From Chrysomallon squamiferum (lineage: Eukaryota > Animalia > Mollusca), in NCBI GenBank assembly GCA_012295275.1, contig CM022666.1, positions 16,678,001 to 16,742,000 on the forward strand: a stretch of DNA of 64,000 bases. The letters are read 5' to 3'. Position 1 is the first letter of the stretch. Every line of letters starts with the position of its first letter. The position numbers were made by a program, and so were the translations under genes. Of this stretch, positions 27,164-52,436 are shown piece by piece. The notes beneath the pieces are model-generated. The model made no database searches, was not told where the DNA came from, and saw only the letters and a list, made by a program, of their open reading frames with translations.

Positions 27164-29307
27164 GTTATTATTATTATATTATTACTATTATCATTATTAT
27201 TACTGTTATTATTTAATTTTCTTGTTGTTAACTTGTTATTTTCCGCAAAATAATTTCTTGACAGAGTTACGTTAATAGTCTTAAGTACGAGAAAAAATTT
27301 ATTTTGAAATTATTAATTTTATTATGGATGTATAACATGAAAGTGGAAACACATCTTTTTGGTAGCAGACAACCTTAATACATTTTTAAACTGCTATTAG
27401 TGACATATATATAAATAGATAAAAACAAACACACACACAGTTTTTACATCTGAATGTAATGTTCTTGTTTGCTTTAGCTTGCATGGGAAATAATAACGGT
27501 AAGCATGTCTTGTCAAACACACAGCCTGTCAAACTGTTAGTATTTTACATACTAACACACTAACACACTAACCAGTACATGACTGATTTGTTAGACAGTC
27601 GTGTTAATAAGTTAGACATTGTTTTGATTATAACTGCTTTTTGTCTGCTAAACAAAACCTTAATCTTCATGACAAGATTCATTTTATTTCTTATTTACTG
27701 TATTTTATTTTGTTTTGTTTTATTTCATTTTTTGTTTTGTTTTATTGTTTATTTTTATTATTATTATTGCTGTTGCTGTTGTTTGTTGTTTTTGTTTTGG
27801 CTGTATTAGTAGTTTATTAGTTTAACTAAATATTTAAAGTAATTTTCAGAATGGAGTTCACCAAGTTCATTTGTTTGTAGAGCTGTTTTGTTGACTTCAT
27901 GTGATTATATAGTCTTAGTCATCAGGATTAACTTTATTTAAGTTTTACACAAAAAATCACCAATAAATACTTCATATGTGAAAAAAAAAATATATATATC
28001 TTGAACTGTGATTGCTCTACAGCAATCATCTACTCAGAAAAACAAAGTCTACACTGATTTATTGACCATTAGAGATTTTTTTCAAATTAAGAAAATATGT
28101 CCAGACACAAAGCAAACAGTGTGTTATTAAACTAGCTGTCATTAAGTATGTTTACTTATATCATTTATTTGTAAAAGAAAGATAACAGATGTTATTTATT
28201 ATTAGTAAAGTTTGAATGAGTAAAGTTGTGATTTTCTCAAACAGAGGCTTGTGGCTGCCAGGAGGTTTACTCAGGAGACAGCGACCAACACCCGCTGGTT
28301 GTCATTGACGACACGAAGTCTTGTTACGAGACTCTGGTTGAGATTCAGAAACTAGTCATCAGTCTGGAGCAGGAACACAAAAGCAGTATCTGAAGATGGT
28401 TCAGAGGAAACACAGTGGTCGGGTCCATGTAAGCCTTGTACTGTCTGTATTATAGTGTTTGTTATTTTGTTTTCAGTATTATAGTGTCTGTTGTTGTGTT
28501 GTCTGTATTATAGTGTTTGTTATTTTGTTTTCAGTATTATAGTGTCTGTTGTTGTGTTGTCTGTATTATAGTGTTTGTTATTTAGTTTTCAGTATTATAG
28601 TGTCTGTTGTTGTGTTGTCTGTATTATAGTGTTTGTTATTTTGTTTTCAGTATTATAGTGTGTTGTTGTGTGTTGTCTGTATTATAGTGTTTGTTATTTT
28701 GTTTTCAGTATTATAGTGTCTGTTGTTGTGTTGTCTGTATTATAGTGTTTGTTATTTAGTTTTCAGTATTATAGTGTCTGTTGTTGTGTTGTCTGTATTA
28801 TAGTGTTTGTTATTTTGTTTTCAGTATTATAGTGTGTTGTTGTGTTGTCTGTATTATAGTGTTTGTTATTTTGTTTTCAGTATTATAGTGTCTGTTGTTG
28901 TGTTGTCTATATTATAGTGTTTGTTACTTTGTTTTCAGTATTATAGTGTCTGAGTTATCTTTTTGTCTATGTGTGTCTGTCAGTCTGTCTCTATGTGTGT
29001 GTGTGTGTGTGATATAAATATCTGTGTTTAGTGTTTATCTCAGTTTATATTTGATACTGTTTATTTCTGAATGTTTAAAACATGACATATATTTTATGTG
29101 TTATAAAGATGTAACTCTGTAGTTGTGTAATTATGATTATTGTGTTTTTGTTTGTGTAATTATGATTATTGTGTTTTTATTTGTGTAATTAGGATTATTG
29201 TGTTTTTATTTGTGTAATTATGATTATTGTGTTTTTATTTGTGTAGTGATGCTCCAATAGGAGATGAGAGTTGTGGATTGACTGTGAATCCTGGAACAAG
29301 ACTGTGA
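10326..29307 (+). CDS. RASA3: Ras GTPase-activating protein of the GAP1 family (C2-C2-RasGAP-PH-BTK), RASA3/RASA2-like, 24 coding exons
   Basis: Exons 10326-10377, 11433-11550, 12020-12113, 12570-12671, 13028-13110, 14421-14580, 15460-15530, 16108-16236, 17306-17456, 18228-18376, 18905-19019, 19672-19746, 20428-20551, 20970-21076, 22392-22469, 23230-23313, 23510-23583, 24044-24150, 24926-25008, 26077-26147, 26412-26501, 26827-26981, 28245-28428, 29247-29307; all GT-AG and phase-consistent. Motifs: KIGEAKN, PFYGEEF, DSEVQGKVH, FRGNSL (arginine finger), [77 protein letters not shown]. In-frame TGA at 28391-28393 lies between two compensating A-run indels, probably assembly error. Confidence 0.95.
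13188..14445 (+). repeat. Tandem array of the exon 6 splice acceptor junction (40-60 nt units, about 25 copies)
   Basis: Unit GTGACTGGGTTGTGTATATTT(AATTT)TGTAG|GGTGCTGGAATGTAGTGAC(CTGTCACTA); the last copy is the real acceptor at 14419-14420 followed by exon VLECSDLS. Confidence 0.95.
15268..15442. repeat. 41-nt tandem repeat (about 4 copies) ending just upstream of the exon 7 acceptor
   Basis: ACTGAATTAACTGTTTATCACTGAAGTAATTGTTTATTGTT repeated. Confidence 0.85.
16216..16980 (+). repeat. Tandem array of the exon 8 splice donor junction (57 nt, about 13 copies)
   Basis: Unit TAACACTGTACACAGAGCTTG|GTGAGTTTAATACTGTCTAGTGTGTTAACAGTTAAA; the first copy is the real donor at 16237. Confidence 0.95.
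17408..17970 (+). repeat. Tandem array of the exon 9 splice donor junction (about 60-90 nt, 7 copies)
   Basis: Unit ...GTGACTTCATACTCAGATCACCTGAAATACAG|GTAAGTTTTGTTATCTTACTACTACAAC...; the first copy is the real donor at 17457. Confidence 0.93.
19170..19682 (+). repeat. Tandem array of the exon 12 splice acceptor junction (39 nt, 13 copies)
   Basis: Unit AGTAACTGATGTTCACTGTTTTTGTCAG|ATTTGTTCTGA; the last copy is the real acceptor at 19670-19671. Confidence 0.95.
20019..20454 (+). repeat. Tandem array of the exon 13 splice acceptor junction (57 nt, 7 AG-bearing copies plus one deleted unit)
   Basis: Unit AAATTAACAATGTGTTATGTTTTCAG|GCAAATTTAAAGAGCTATGTGATAGAAATAC; the last copy is the real acceptor at 20426-20427. 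Confidence 0.95.
21047..22012 (+). repeat. Tandem array of the exon 14 splice donor junction (46 nt, about 21 copies)
   Basis: Unit AAACTTTTTGATCTKTATTCCGAGTCACAG|GTGTGTTAGTGTTTTT; the first copy is the real donor at 21077. Confidence 0.95.
22750..23062. repeat. About 29-nt degenerate minisatellite (AATGGTTATATAGTTTAACAGTGTATAAT)
   Basis: Direct reading, about 10 copies. Confidence 0.8.
24089..24581 (+). repeat. Tandem array of the exon 18 splice donor junction (82 nt, 6 copies; about 61 nt of each unit is exon sequence)
   Basis: Exon-end positions 24150, 24232, 24314, 24396, 24478 and 24560, each followed by GTAAAACAAACARTGATTAGA. Confidence 0.96.
25176..25847. mobile_element. Possible decayed non-autonomous hAT-type DNA element in RASA3 intron 19
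   Basis: Right end GTTTCGAGCCCTG (reverse complement CAGGGCTCGAAAC) resembles hAT termini, with subterminal GGGCTACC/GGGCCAC motifs; the left end CAAGGCTT is only a weak match and no target-site duplication is seen. Confidence 0.3.
28442..28952. repeat. 58-nt dimeric minisatellite (two GTATTATAGTGT subunits), about 9 copies, starting about 14 nt after the exon 23 donor
   Basis: Direct reading. Confidence 0.92.
29122..29246 (+). repeat. 30-nt repeat (4 copies) forming the polypyrimidine tract of the last RASA3 exon
   Basis: TGTGTAATTATGATTATTGTGTTTTTATT repeated; the final copy ends TGTGTAG|TGAT. Confidence 0.88.
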
Positions 29308-30131
29308 GAGATTTACACATCAGCATTTCTACCCAAGAGCTTTAATATCAACTGACCTCTTTGAATAAACATGTTTAGACACACAGAAAACTGGCCAATC
29401 AACAACAGCACAAACAGAAAACTGACCTGTTAAGGTCAATGATAACCTAGACAAACCAAAATCAACACAAATGTAAAGTTGTCAGCATCAACCAAAGCTA
29501 GTGACAGTGTCACACTTTGAAATGTAAAAATATCTCAAAAAATTCATCAGAGGGTAAAAGAGAAAAACAGATTTTTTTTTTATATCTAAACACAGACTTT
29601 TTTTTTATATCAAAAATTAATTCATTTTTAATAAATGTTATTTTTAATATCTTTGCTATTATATTTATTGCATTGTTGATGTTTATCTTAATTTTTTTTG
29701 TGGGGGGGTTGGAGTTTTTTTTTTTTTTTTTTTAAATGTTTTGTTTTCTTGTTATAGGGCATTGAACTGGACATTTGTTACTTTTTTTGTGGGGGTTGTG
29801 TTTTTTTAATGAAGGGTTGCAGTATGACAAGCTAATTCTCAAAAACAAAGTTACTAAACCACAAATATATAATTTCAGTTTTCTATTATAAAATCAAATT
29901 TTAGTTCCAACATGTAAATTAGCCAACCACAAAACAGATGAATAGTGTTTCTGTATGTCTTGATGCACTGCATACAAATTTAAAAAAAAGACAGCTACAT
30001 ATAGTTGATAATTGTTGACTACAGAGAAATTTATTAATATTATATTGGTGCTATTTGCTGTAGGAAGATATTGTAGATTTATTAATTTTATTATTTTTAT
30101 TTTTTTTTAAATATTTTTTTTAAATATTTTA

Positions 30132-30164
<33 letters not shown>

Positions 30165-33100
30165 TTATAATATGCAGTTTATTACAGATTTTATATTTTT
30201 TGTAATATATAATTGTTTTATTGTTTTAATTTATTATTTTAAATAATATATAGTTTAATATGTACTTTTTATGTTTAATATGATTTTTGTGTTTTTCGTA
30301 ATGTTTAGATTTTACAAATGTTTAGTTTATAAAAATGCAGTTTGTACAGTTTGTATAGTTTGTTACAAAGTTCATGTAGATGATTAGTTTGTTGTAGAAT
30401 TGTAAAATTGTTTTGATTTATTTTTACTTGATATGTAGTATTTTTACTGTTAAAAACTGTAAATATCTCAACATGCAGGTTTGTTTCTTCATCAGGAAGA
30501 AAGAGAAGTAATACTCAGTAATTTGTCATGTGTTTACTATCAGCATTTCTCAGTGTTGTTTGTAAAGTTCTGTTATTTTTAAACATGTTTGTGTTCATCT
30601 TGTGTTCAGAAGAAAAATTAATAGTAGTTATATTTCTTTTCTTTCGTTTTTGTTTTTTTTCTTTTCTTTTAATGTTAATTTTTATTTATTTCTTTTTAAA
30701 TTAACAGAAATGTTGTTAAATAGTGCTTGTAGTGTTTTTTCATGTTTTAGTTCTCTGTACAGATTTTAGTTTACACGTACTTGCTCAGAGGTGCTGCACA
30801 CGAAGCCACACACAGGACTTTCAGAATGCTTTTGTCTGTTAAATTTATAATCTTCATGTTATCACATGTTTCAAAATGTTTTCCAGAATGGAACATATGT
30901 AACCGATAATTGATTTTTTGTTTTTAGTATTTAAGTAATTTTAGTATCAGAAAAATGTAAAATCTAATAAACTATATACTGTTGAATGGCTCAGTGGATT
31001 TCAGCTGTGTAGAGGTTGCAGTAGACACAGATTGTGCCAGACAGTGCTAATGTTTATGTCTGTAAAAACCGACCAGCCTGTAGCCAGTTTAGAAATTCTC
31101 TTTATTTAAATAAAAAAACACCTAGCCAATATCTAATTTAAATGTAAACAAAAACAAAAAACCTGTTATTTTACAGTTAAAAATCTAGTCACCTGTTGTT
31201 CAGCTTAATGTTAGATTTGTTTTCCTGTCACTAAAAATTGTATTTCTGTGTCCATGTTTTGTTCTGTTTAGGAAGGTTCAAGCACATGAACAATAAATGT
31301 TGTTTTTTTTCTCATTTTTCATTGTTTCAGACATCTGAAATTCTAGTATTAATAGGGGCCAGTAGGGTATGATTAACACAATCTATATTTTTATATCTTC
31401 CACACCAAAGAGTTTTTTTGTTTTTTTTACAAGAAAGATAACTCAGTTTGGGACCAAATTTGACAGAATGATCAAGTCATCAAATTATACCAAATAATTT
31501 TAATTTTAATTTATAAACATTTCTGAGATTTTTGTACTCTTGTTTTTGTATTGATTTCAAGTAATAACATATTTATGTAAGAGTAATTTTAGAAATTTAT
31601 TTTAATATTCAGGGATGAGAAACGTTTACATTTCTGACTTTTTATGACCATTTTACATTTTTTTTTTTAAAGATCTCTATTTTATCTTTCAGTGTGTTTG
31701 ATTTGAGAAATCTTTCAGTGATTTCACAGTGGTAAGATTTTACTTAATTTCATTTCAGCAGCTTCTCAAATTATTAAAATTCTAACAGTGAACATTTTTG
31801 TTTCTGAAATTGCAACATTTTAAGAATTTTGTAAGTATTTCTAAATTAATAACTGAATACTTTGAATTTGTCAATTTTAATGATTACAAGTTTCATGTTA
31901 ATTCACTAGTTCACCTTATCTACATTTTGAAATAATCATAGAGTACTTGTTAAAGGTGTGTGTGTGTGTGTGTGTGTCTGTCTGTCTGTGTGTGTGTCTG
32001 TCTGTCTGTGTGTGTGTTTGTGTGTGTTTTCACATGCCTGCATATTTTATATAAAAATGTTCTTGCCATACAAATAAATGTTACCACAATTTGTTAAATG
32101 ATGTTAACTGTCAAAGTTTGTTACAAAGATGTTACTGATAAAATTGTTACAGATAATTACTTTGGTGCCTCTATGGTTCTTTGTAATCATAACTGTTGTG
32201 CCTGTTTTATAAAGGCCTTTAAATAAAATACTTAGATATAGTGCCTCATATTACAGGCCTTTTTTATTTTTACTTAAATGTGCCTGATTTTAAAGGTCTT
32301 TTAAAAATGGATAATTTTATAAACATTTTAGCATAATAATTAATGTCCTGTTTTGGATGGGAGCACTATTTTTAAAGAAATTTAAACAGTGTAAATGTTC
32401 CCTTGTTTATAAACTTGTAAAATCAACGACTGCATAATTGAAATTTTTTATAAGTAATATTTGTCTCCAGTTTAATGTAGTATAAATGTATATTTAATAC
32501 CTTACTCACACAAACACTCACCCTTGCTCACAGTGAAACACAAACTGAATCACTGGTAGATGGATAAATGGAAGGGTGGACAGATGTTGAATTGTAGCTG
32601 GGCGTTTAGACTGCTAGGTAGATACACAGGTAGTAAGTACTCAACTTGTAGTTTGATTAGTTATGTCACTGTTTAAAAGCAAACAAAATAACAATAAAAT
32701 TTATTGCAACAGTTTTATCATAGAACTTTTTCTTTAAAAGTTTACAGTTCAGACATGACAAAAAAAAAAAAAAAAAAAAAAAAAGTTTTCAACAACTTAA
32801 AACCAATGTATCTTAGAGTTTCTTATTCTGACCAACTTGTTAACAAATCAGTACATGGCCTAATTTTAGTATATATATATATATATATATAAAATTTGTT
32901 TCTTGAAAATATAGAAAAATGTGTATAAGAAGTATTACAGAAAACTATATATGTTATGCATCATGTTATTACTGACAAAAATTAGAAAAATATTGTTTAA
33001 AAATCTTTACAGATACATATATATTGTATCTCATGTTATTGCTACAAAATATAAAAACCTATCATATATAAAACAGAAAGATTTATGTATATTGTACATA

Positions 33101-34368
33101 ATATTAAACGTGCGTTATATTTGTATATGTTAAAATTACTAATCACCATTATTAAATTTTGAATTGTGCCAAAAATAATGTGATAATGTACGAAAGGAAC
33201 AAAATACAATTGTTTTATATCAAAACTGGGGAAAAATCAAACTGCAAAATATCAGAGATTATTACTAAGAGCTAGGTGTATGTTAAAAATAACATGTATA
33301 CAGTTTTTATATGTAAATATTCGTGTTGTGCTTGGTGCTAACATTTTTGTTTATCAGAGTTTAGCACCAGCAGTCTGTTCTTTATTATTCCATCTGTAGT
33401 AAAAAATAAAATAGCCATACATACAATTTATTTATGGTATTTGTTCAAACACATGCAAAATTGTGAGCCTTAAAACAACTTTAATGAAAATCATATTATA
33501 GGAAATTCAGTTTCAGTGTATATCCTTTGTTATATCTAATGTTCACTGACTTAGTTACATTATTATATCATATTAGTTACTGAATTCAGAAAACGTCATT
33601 TTAATTTTGACATCACAGATGTTTAGATGTGACGTCATAGTACATTGCATTAGTTAATGAACAAAGAAAACATGTTGATTATGAATGAATAATTATTTAG
33701 CTATGATGTCACAGTACATTGTACTGATAATTGAAAAATGAAAGTAGATTATGACGTCATGACACTTCAGATGTTTCAGCATAAAGTTATTTTATTAATA
33801 AATTTTTGATTGGACGATATTACTGATTAATATATTATAAGAGAAGACAACACATTAGAAGATAAAAACTCCGAGATTTATATTGTTTATATTTAAAATA
33901 TTTAAAAGTCTAAATTATTTAAAATCCCTAGTATTTCTATTTATCTTAAATCTGTTCCGTTTGCTTTGTTGTGAACTTATCCCAGCTATAACCACGTTGT
34001 GCTGGATTACATTATCAGTAAGATCAAATGACTCAGTTTTAAATACTTCAACATCTGTGGTGTATTTCAGTATCTTACCTTTTACTTGAATGTCTAATGT
34101 GATTATTTGTGGAAACAAAATATATGTAGTATGTGCATTAGTATCACGTACGTACCTTAGCAAAATTAATAAATAAACGAACAAAACTGTAGCTGTTAGT
34201 AAATCAAAAATTATTGAAGAAAATATTTGTTAAATATTTTTATTTTTTATTTATTTTATTTATTATTATATTTTTGATGTTAACACTTTGTATGTTGTAC
34301 CTTGACCTCTACCCACTGAAATGTTTACATACAACATTTAAAATTATCTAATTAGTACACTAAAATAC

Positions 34369-34525
<157 letters not shown>

Positions 34526-35036
34526 ATCTGTTTATGACAGAATATAAATATAAAATTCTGCCTCCTATAAATATTTTCTTTACAGAACAATTTTGTTATA
34601 ATTTTGTTATTAATAGTATTCCCTGTGTTCAGTTGAAAACGTGCCAAAGCTTGTTGTTTACATTAATATTTACACAGTTTTTGTCTTGTTCATACTTTTT
34701 GTTTAATCACCTTTTGTTAAAACAGTTGTTTTATACAGCATTATACTTCATTTGTTAAGACCAAACTAGTTAGTAAGAAAAATAATAATGTATTAATTCA
34801 TTCTAAGCCAGTATTTATGTTATTAATATTTGGAAAATATTAATTTCAGTGACACAGAAATGTGTTTATTTGAAGACAAAATGTACAAGAAATTAACCTT
34901 TTTTTATTTTTCCTTTCGTTTTTGAAAGTTTACACTAACTGCATATTTTATTTATTTTAATAAAACACATCATGTATGTGTCCCAAGCATACCCGATCAA
35001 GAGTGACAATTTTGAAATAAATATATTTATAATAAT

Positions 35037-35092
<56 letters not shown>

Positions 35093-36136
35093 TTAATAAT
35101 AATAATAATAATCCAAAGAATATGTAGTGTCTAATGTCATAACTCCAGGTAAATGATAAACGCTAAGAAATATTTTCATAATGGAACTGTAATTGGAAGC
35201 AGTGTGAATTAGTACGAAGTTTAATGTAGATATGTTTAATTTTGAATAATGTAAAGGGTGCTATTTGTATAATTCTTAAAACGTAATTAGAAGTCGTGTT
35301 ATGGTGGAAGGGTGACATAAGAGTAGACTAGAAACCACGATCAAGTTGATTTGTTAATAAATAAAGTTAAGTTTGAAATTGTTTTATATTTTTTGCTAAC
35401 TAAATCTCTACACACACACACACGCAATAAAACTAGTTTACTGTAATCTAGTGATGTTACTTTTTACTTACCTTTGACGCTTTAACACATTATAAACAAA
35501 CTGATGTGTTGTATGTGTGTGTTGAAAGTATATTAATTCTAGACTAATAAAATAAATATTAATATTTTATATATTTGATAATTAATAATATTGTTTTAAT
35601 TTTATTTTAATTTGTTTTAAGTTTGTTTACTTTTTATCACTACTATGAGTTACTTTTTATGTTTTTGTTTTATTATTATTATTATTATTATTATTATCAA
35701 TTAAACTAAGATATTTTTTATCAGTGTATGTAGGCAAGCAGGTGTATAGTTATATGCATTTGTATAAATGTGTGCATATGTTTGTGTGTTTATAATAACA
35801 AAGTAGTATCTATGTGTTTCATGTTTGTTTTAAAGAACAGTTCTATTTTGTGTGAAAAACAAATGTTCGTATGTTAGTATTCTAACCCTCTGAACAATTT
35901 CACTTGCATCTTGTTTTTTGTACGTTTAGATTAGAAATATATTTCTATAACAACTCATTTGTTTGTGTTATTTTTATCAGATGATCAACAACTGTTATCA
36001 TTAACCAACTTTTGTCTATTTCACGTTCCACCCAGTGTTCTACAACGTTTATAAAAGGGAGTGGTATGTGATGTGCTGCCTGTTGGACATATTAGAAACA
36101 ACAGATGTAGATATCTGAGAGTACCCGAAGTTTTTT

Positions 36137-36215
<79 letters not shown>

Positions 36216-36531
36216 CATTTAATACAGAAACTAATAATTGTATATCCACTGGTTATTAAATAGATTAAAACTATAATATCTGTCCGGCATAAAAGATAAC
36301 TGTTTTTCTGTCTTCATGTCAATTATTTACACAAAGTATATCATTTCTAAATATGTGTCAAATATGTGTTGAAAATATTACAACAACCCTTTGCAGACAA
36401 AATAGCTGAGATAATTAAACTTTTTCCTTCTTCTTCTTCTTATTATTATTATTTTAGTTATTAATAAAACGAACAGTTAAATATTCACAGACATTGCTTC
36501 TTGTTAGTAATATTTCATCCATATCTTTCTA

Positions 36532-49593
<13,062 letters not shown>

Positions 49594-51267
49594 CTGAAAA
49601 TAAAAACTGACAGTGAATTCTTGTGTATGTTACTACTACAACAGCAGCAGTTACTTGTTTGTAGTCTTACTACAACTACTACACCTACTATTTACACAAC
49701 TAAAATTATAAATATTACATCTACTACTACCACTACTGCTGCTTCTGCTGCAGCGACTGTCACTAGTACTGTGTCTAGTATTACTGTTACTACGTTATTT
49801 TCACTAATACTTTTATTTTTACTATTAGTACTAGCAGAACTGCTACCACTGTAATACTATTTCCAAAACACAGCTACTGTTACCACTACAATTGTTATTA
49901 TTATTATTATTATTTATTATTATTATTATTATTATTGTACATTACCTTTCAAAACAGCAGTGATGGCAGTAAAATGATGTGTTTAGAATTGTGTTCACTT
50001 CAAAACTGTATTTCTGATCTGTACGTGCACAGTTAGTAAGTAACGCTATCTTTAGACGTTAAAATATTCATAGACTCGACTAATTACTGTTACCTGAGCC
50101 TGTTCTCTTTCTGTAAACTGTTTTCATTTCATGGAGTTTTATTTCTGTCTGTTTCTAAACATATCTAGATTAGTTATATACATTTTCAATAGAAAATATT
50201 AAACTGGTGTTCTGTATTAAAATGTAACTATCTGTAATATAGTACTAAATATATGAACTCTTTGTACAAATATAACGTAGACATACTGAAACATAAACAT
50301 TACTCTTTTTAATCTTGAAACGTAAGCATAGATATACAATGGAAAAATGAGTCAATACCCTGTACACATGTAATGAAGACAAACTAATAATATATACGAA
50401 TTACTCTACGTTATTTATAACGCATTCTAGTTAACTATTTTTATTTAACAAAGCAACTAAATAACTGTTTTAATTTAACACAACAGATGAAACAACAGTT
50501 TCAAATCAACAAAACAAACTAATTAAGAGTTTAAAATGTAACGCCAATGACAAAACACGTGATTTGTTTAACAAAAACGACTGAGACAACTTTCTGTGAC
50601 CAGTGTCATTAATCAGTTCGGGGAGGGGAACGAAAGGGTGAATCATTGTTTGTTACTATGACTGACGACATTTTCTGTGACAGACGTCGTGCAAAAAGGA
50701 AGATAATAAAATAAGTAGACCGTGACGCGGAGATAAGATGACCCACTGACCGGTCAGTGGTCATTCCGAGTGGACAACATCTGGTGGTAAAAAGAATATC
50801 AAAGAGATCAAACTTACAGTTCACAACACTTGTTTTAAAACTTGCAAAACAGAATATAATCATCACAGAATGTTCGTTCGCGTTAATAAGAATGAGCAGA
50901 TATATCTAGAATCAAATTCAAACAGAGATAAATCAGGCTCAAGAAGTATTCAAAAAAAAAGAGGATATCATCGAACTGTACTTTGTGTAAAACGTAAACG
51001 ACAAGAAAGGATATCATTGAAGTGTAATTTGTGTAATACGTATCATACATCTGCAGATACCACTGAGCAGTACTTTGTGTAAAACGTATTCTGCATCTAC
51101 ATATATCACCGTACTTTGTGTAAAAGAAATAAAACATTCTGCAGATATCACTGAAGCAAAACTTTGTGTAAAACATACAAATACATCAGGAGGTATCACT
51201 GATCGATATTTTGTGTAAATAATAGATTACAAGTGTGGATATGACAGAGACATTGTTTAATCTCAAC

Positions 51268-52150
51268 ATGGGCAAGTTGAGCTGTTTTTTCTTTGTGTTC
51301 TTTCTGACTCGCGAGGGGACACGCGCAGACTGGGACACGCGCGTGCAGGTGGAGGCGGTGAGGTTTGTGATGAACAACTGTCGCGTGCTGTCACGCTTGG
51401 CTTGGTTCGCGTTCGTCACGAGAGACGAAGGCAGTGAACCGCTGATGAAGATTGCCTGGTACTGTGTCTACAGACTACGAATGCGCAAATACGTCACTTC
51501 CTACGTTTTACGTCAGCACTTCACATCTCAGGCCTGCGTTGCCATGGAAACAACTCGTAAACACGTCTGCTGGTTTCACAAGTCCGCTTTTTGTTGCTAC
51601 ATAAAACAGCTTCTCACCTTTTGTCCACCCACATCTACTACAATAGCATCAACAACAATAGCACCAGCTACCACGACTCCAACACTGACTACAACAACAA
51701 CGCAGGCTACTACTACAACAAAACCAGGTAATAGTTACTATTCCAAGAAGATATTTATATACAGAACATACTGAAAATTATTATTTTCTTCATTAATTTA
51801 TCTGGGTGTGCTTCAGGTCTGTATTGGTGACAACTGCTTTCCCCAGTTCGAGCAATAGATTGCAGAAGATATGGCTAAATAAGTAAGATAAAAAAAACGA
51901 TATTTCTTTTTATAATCTCTGTATAATTTCGAGCAAAATCAACCTATGTGAACCCCGACAGAAAAGTGCCAAAGTTATTATCATAAATAACATAAATCTA
52001 CCTGCATTTGTTAAATACTATTTTTGGTTTTACTTTTATTTTATTTTTCAGAATGTGCTGTTCCTAACACCTGTTTGATCCCAAACTGTCCCCGAGAAAC
52101 AACAGACTCAGTTTTCATGTAGCAACAACAACATTTGCTGTTCTGTGTGA
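51268..52150 (+). CDS. Secreted Cys-rich protein with Thr-rich linker and probable C-terminal beta-defensin-like six-cysteine module
   Basis: Exon 1 51268-51727 (MGKLSCFFFVFFLTREGTRA signal-like; 7 further Cys; TTT-rich linker; phase 1 donor G|GTAATA), exon 2 from 52052 after TTTTTCAG. As assembled it stops at TAG 52120-52122; removing one base at 52090-52099 gives ECAVPNTCLIPNCPREQQTQFSCSNNNICCSV* ending at TGA 52150. Confidence 0.65.
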
Positions 52151-52436
52151 ACACAGTTTCATGTAGCAACAGCAACATTTGCTGTTCTGTGTGAACACAG
52201 TTTCATGTAGCAACAGCAACATTTGCTGTTCTGTGTGAACACAGTTTTATGTAAAAGAAACATTTGCTGTTCTGTGTGAACACAGTTTTATGTAAAAGAA
52301 ACGTTTGCTGTTCTGTGTGAACACAGTTTTATGTAAAAGAAACATTTGCTGTTCTGTGTGAATACAGTTTTATGTAAAGAAACATTTGCTGTTCTGTGTG
52401 AACACAGTTTTATGTAAAAGAAACGTCTGCTGTTCT
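52109..52436 (+). repeat. Tandem array (44/41 nt, about 8 copies) containing the last codons and TGA stop of the secreted protein gene
   Basis: Unit CAGTTTCATGTAGCAACAGCAACATTTGCTGTTCTGTGTGAACA. Confidence 0.92.

Noticed and set aside
28391-28393. In-frame TGA in RASA3 as selenocysteine or read-through
   Set aside because: Residues around it in that frame do not fit the family, while the shifted frame (KQYLK) does; two flanking A-run indels explain it better.
49946-50130. Upstream minus-strand exons (50019-49946 and one ending at 50094) as coding
   Set aside because: The ATG-led frame there is out of phase with the signal-peptide exon starting at 49593; treated as probable 5'UTR exons.
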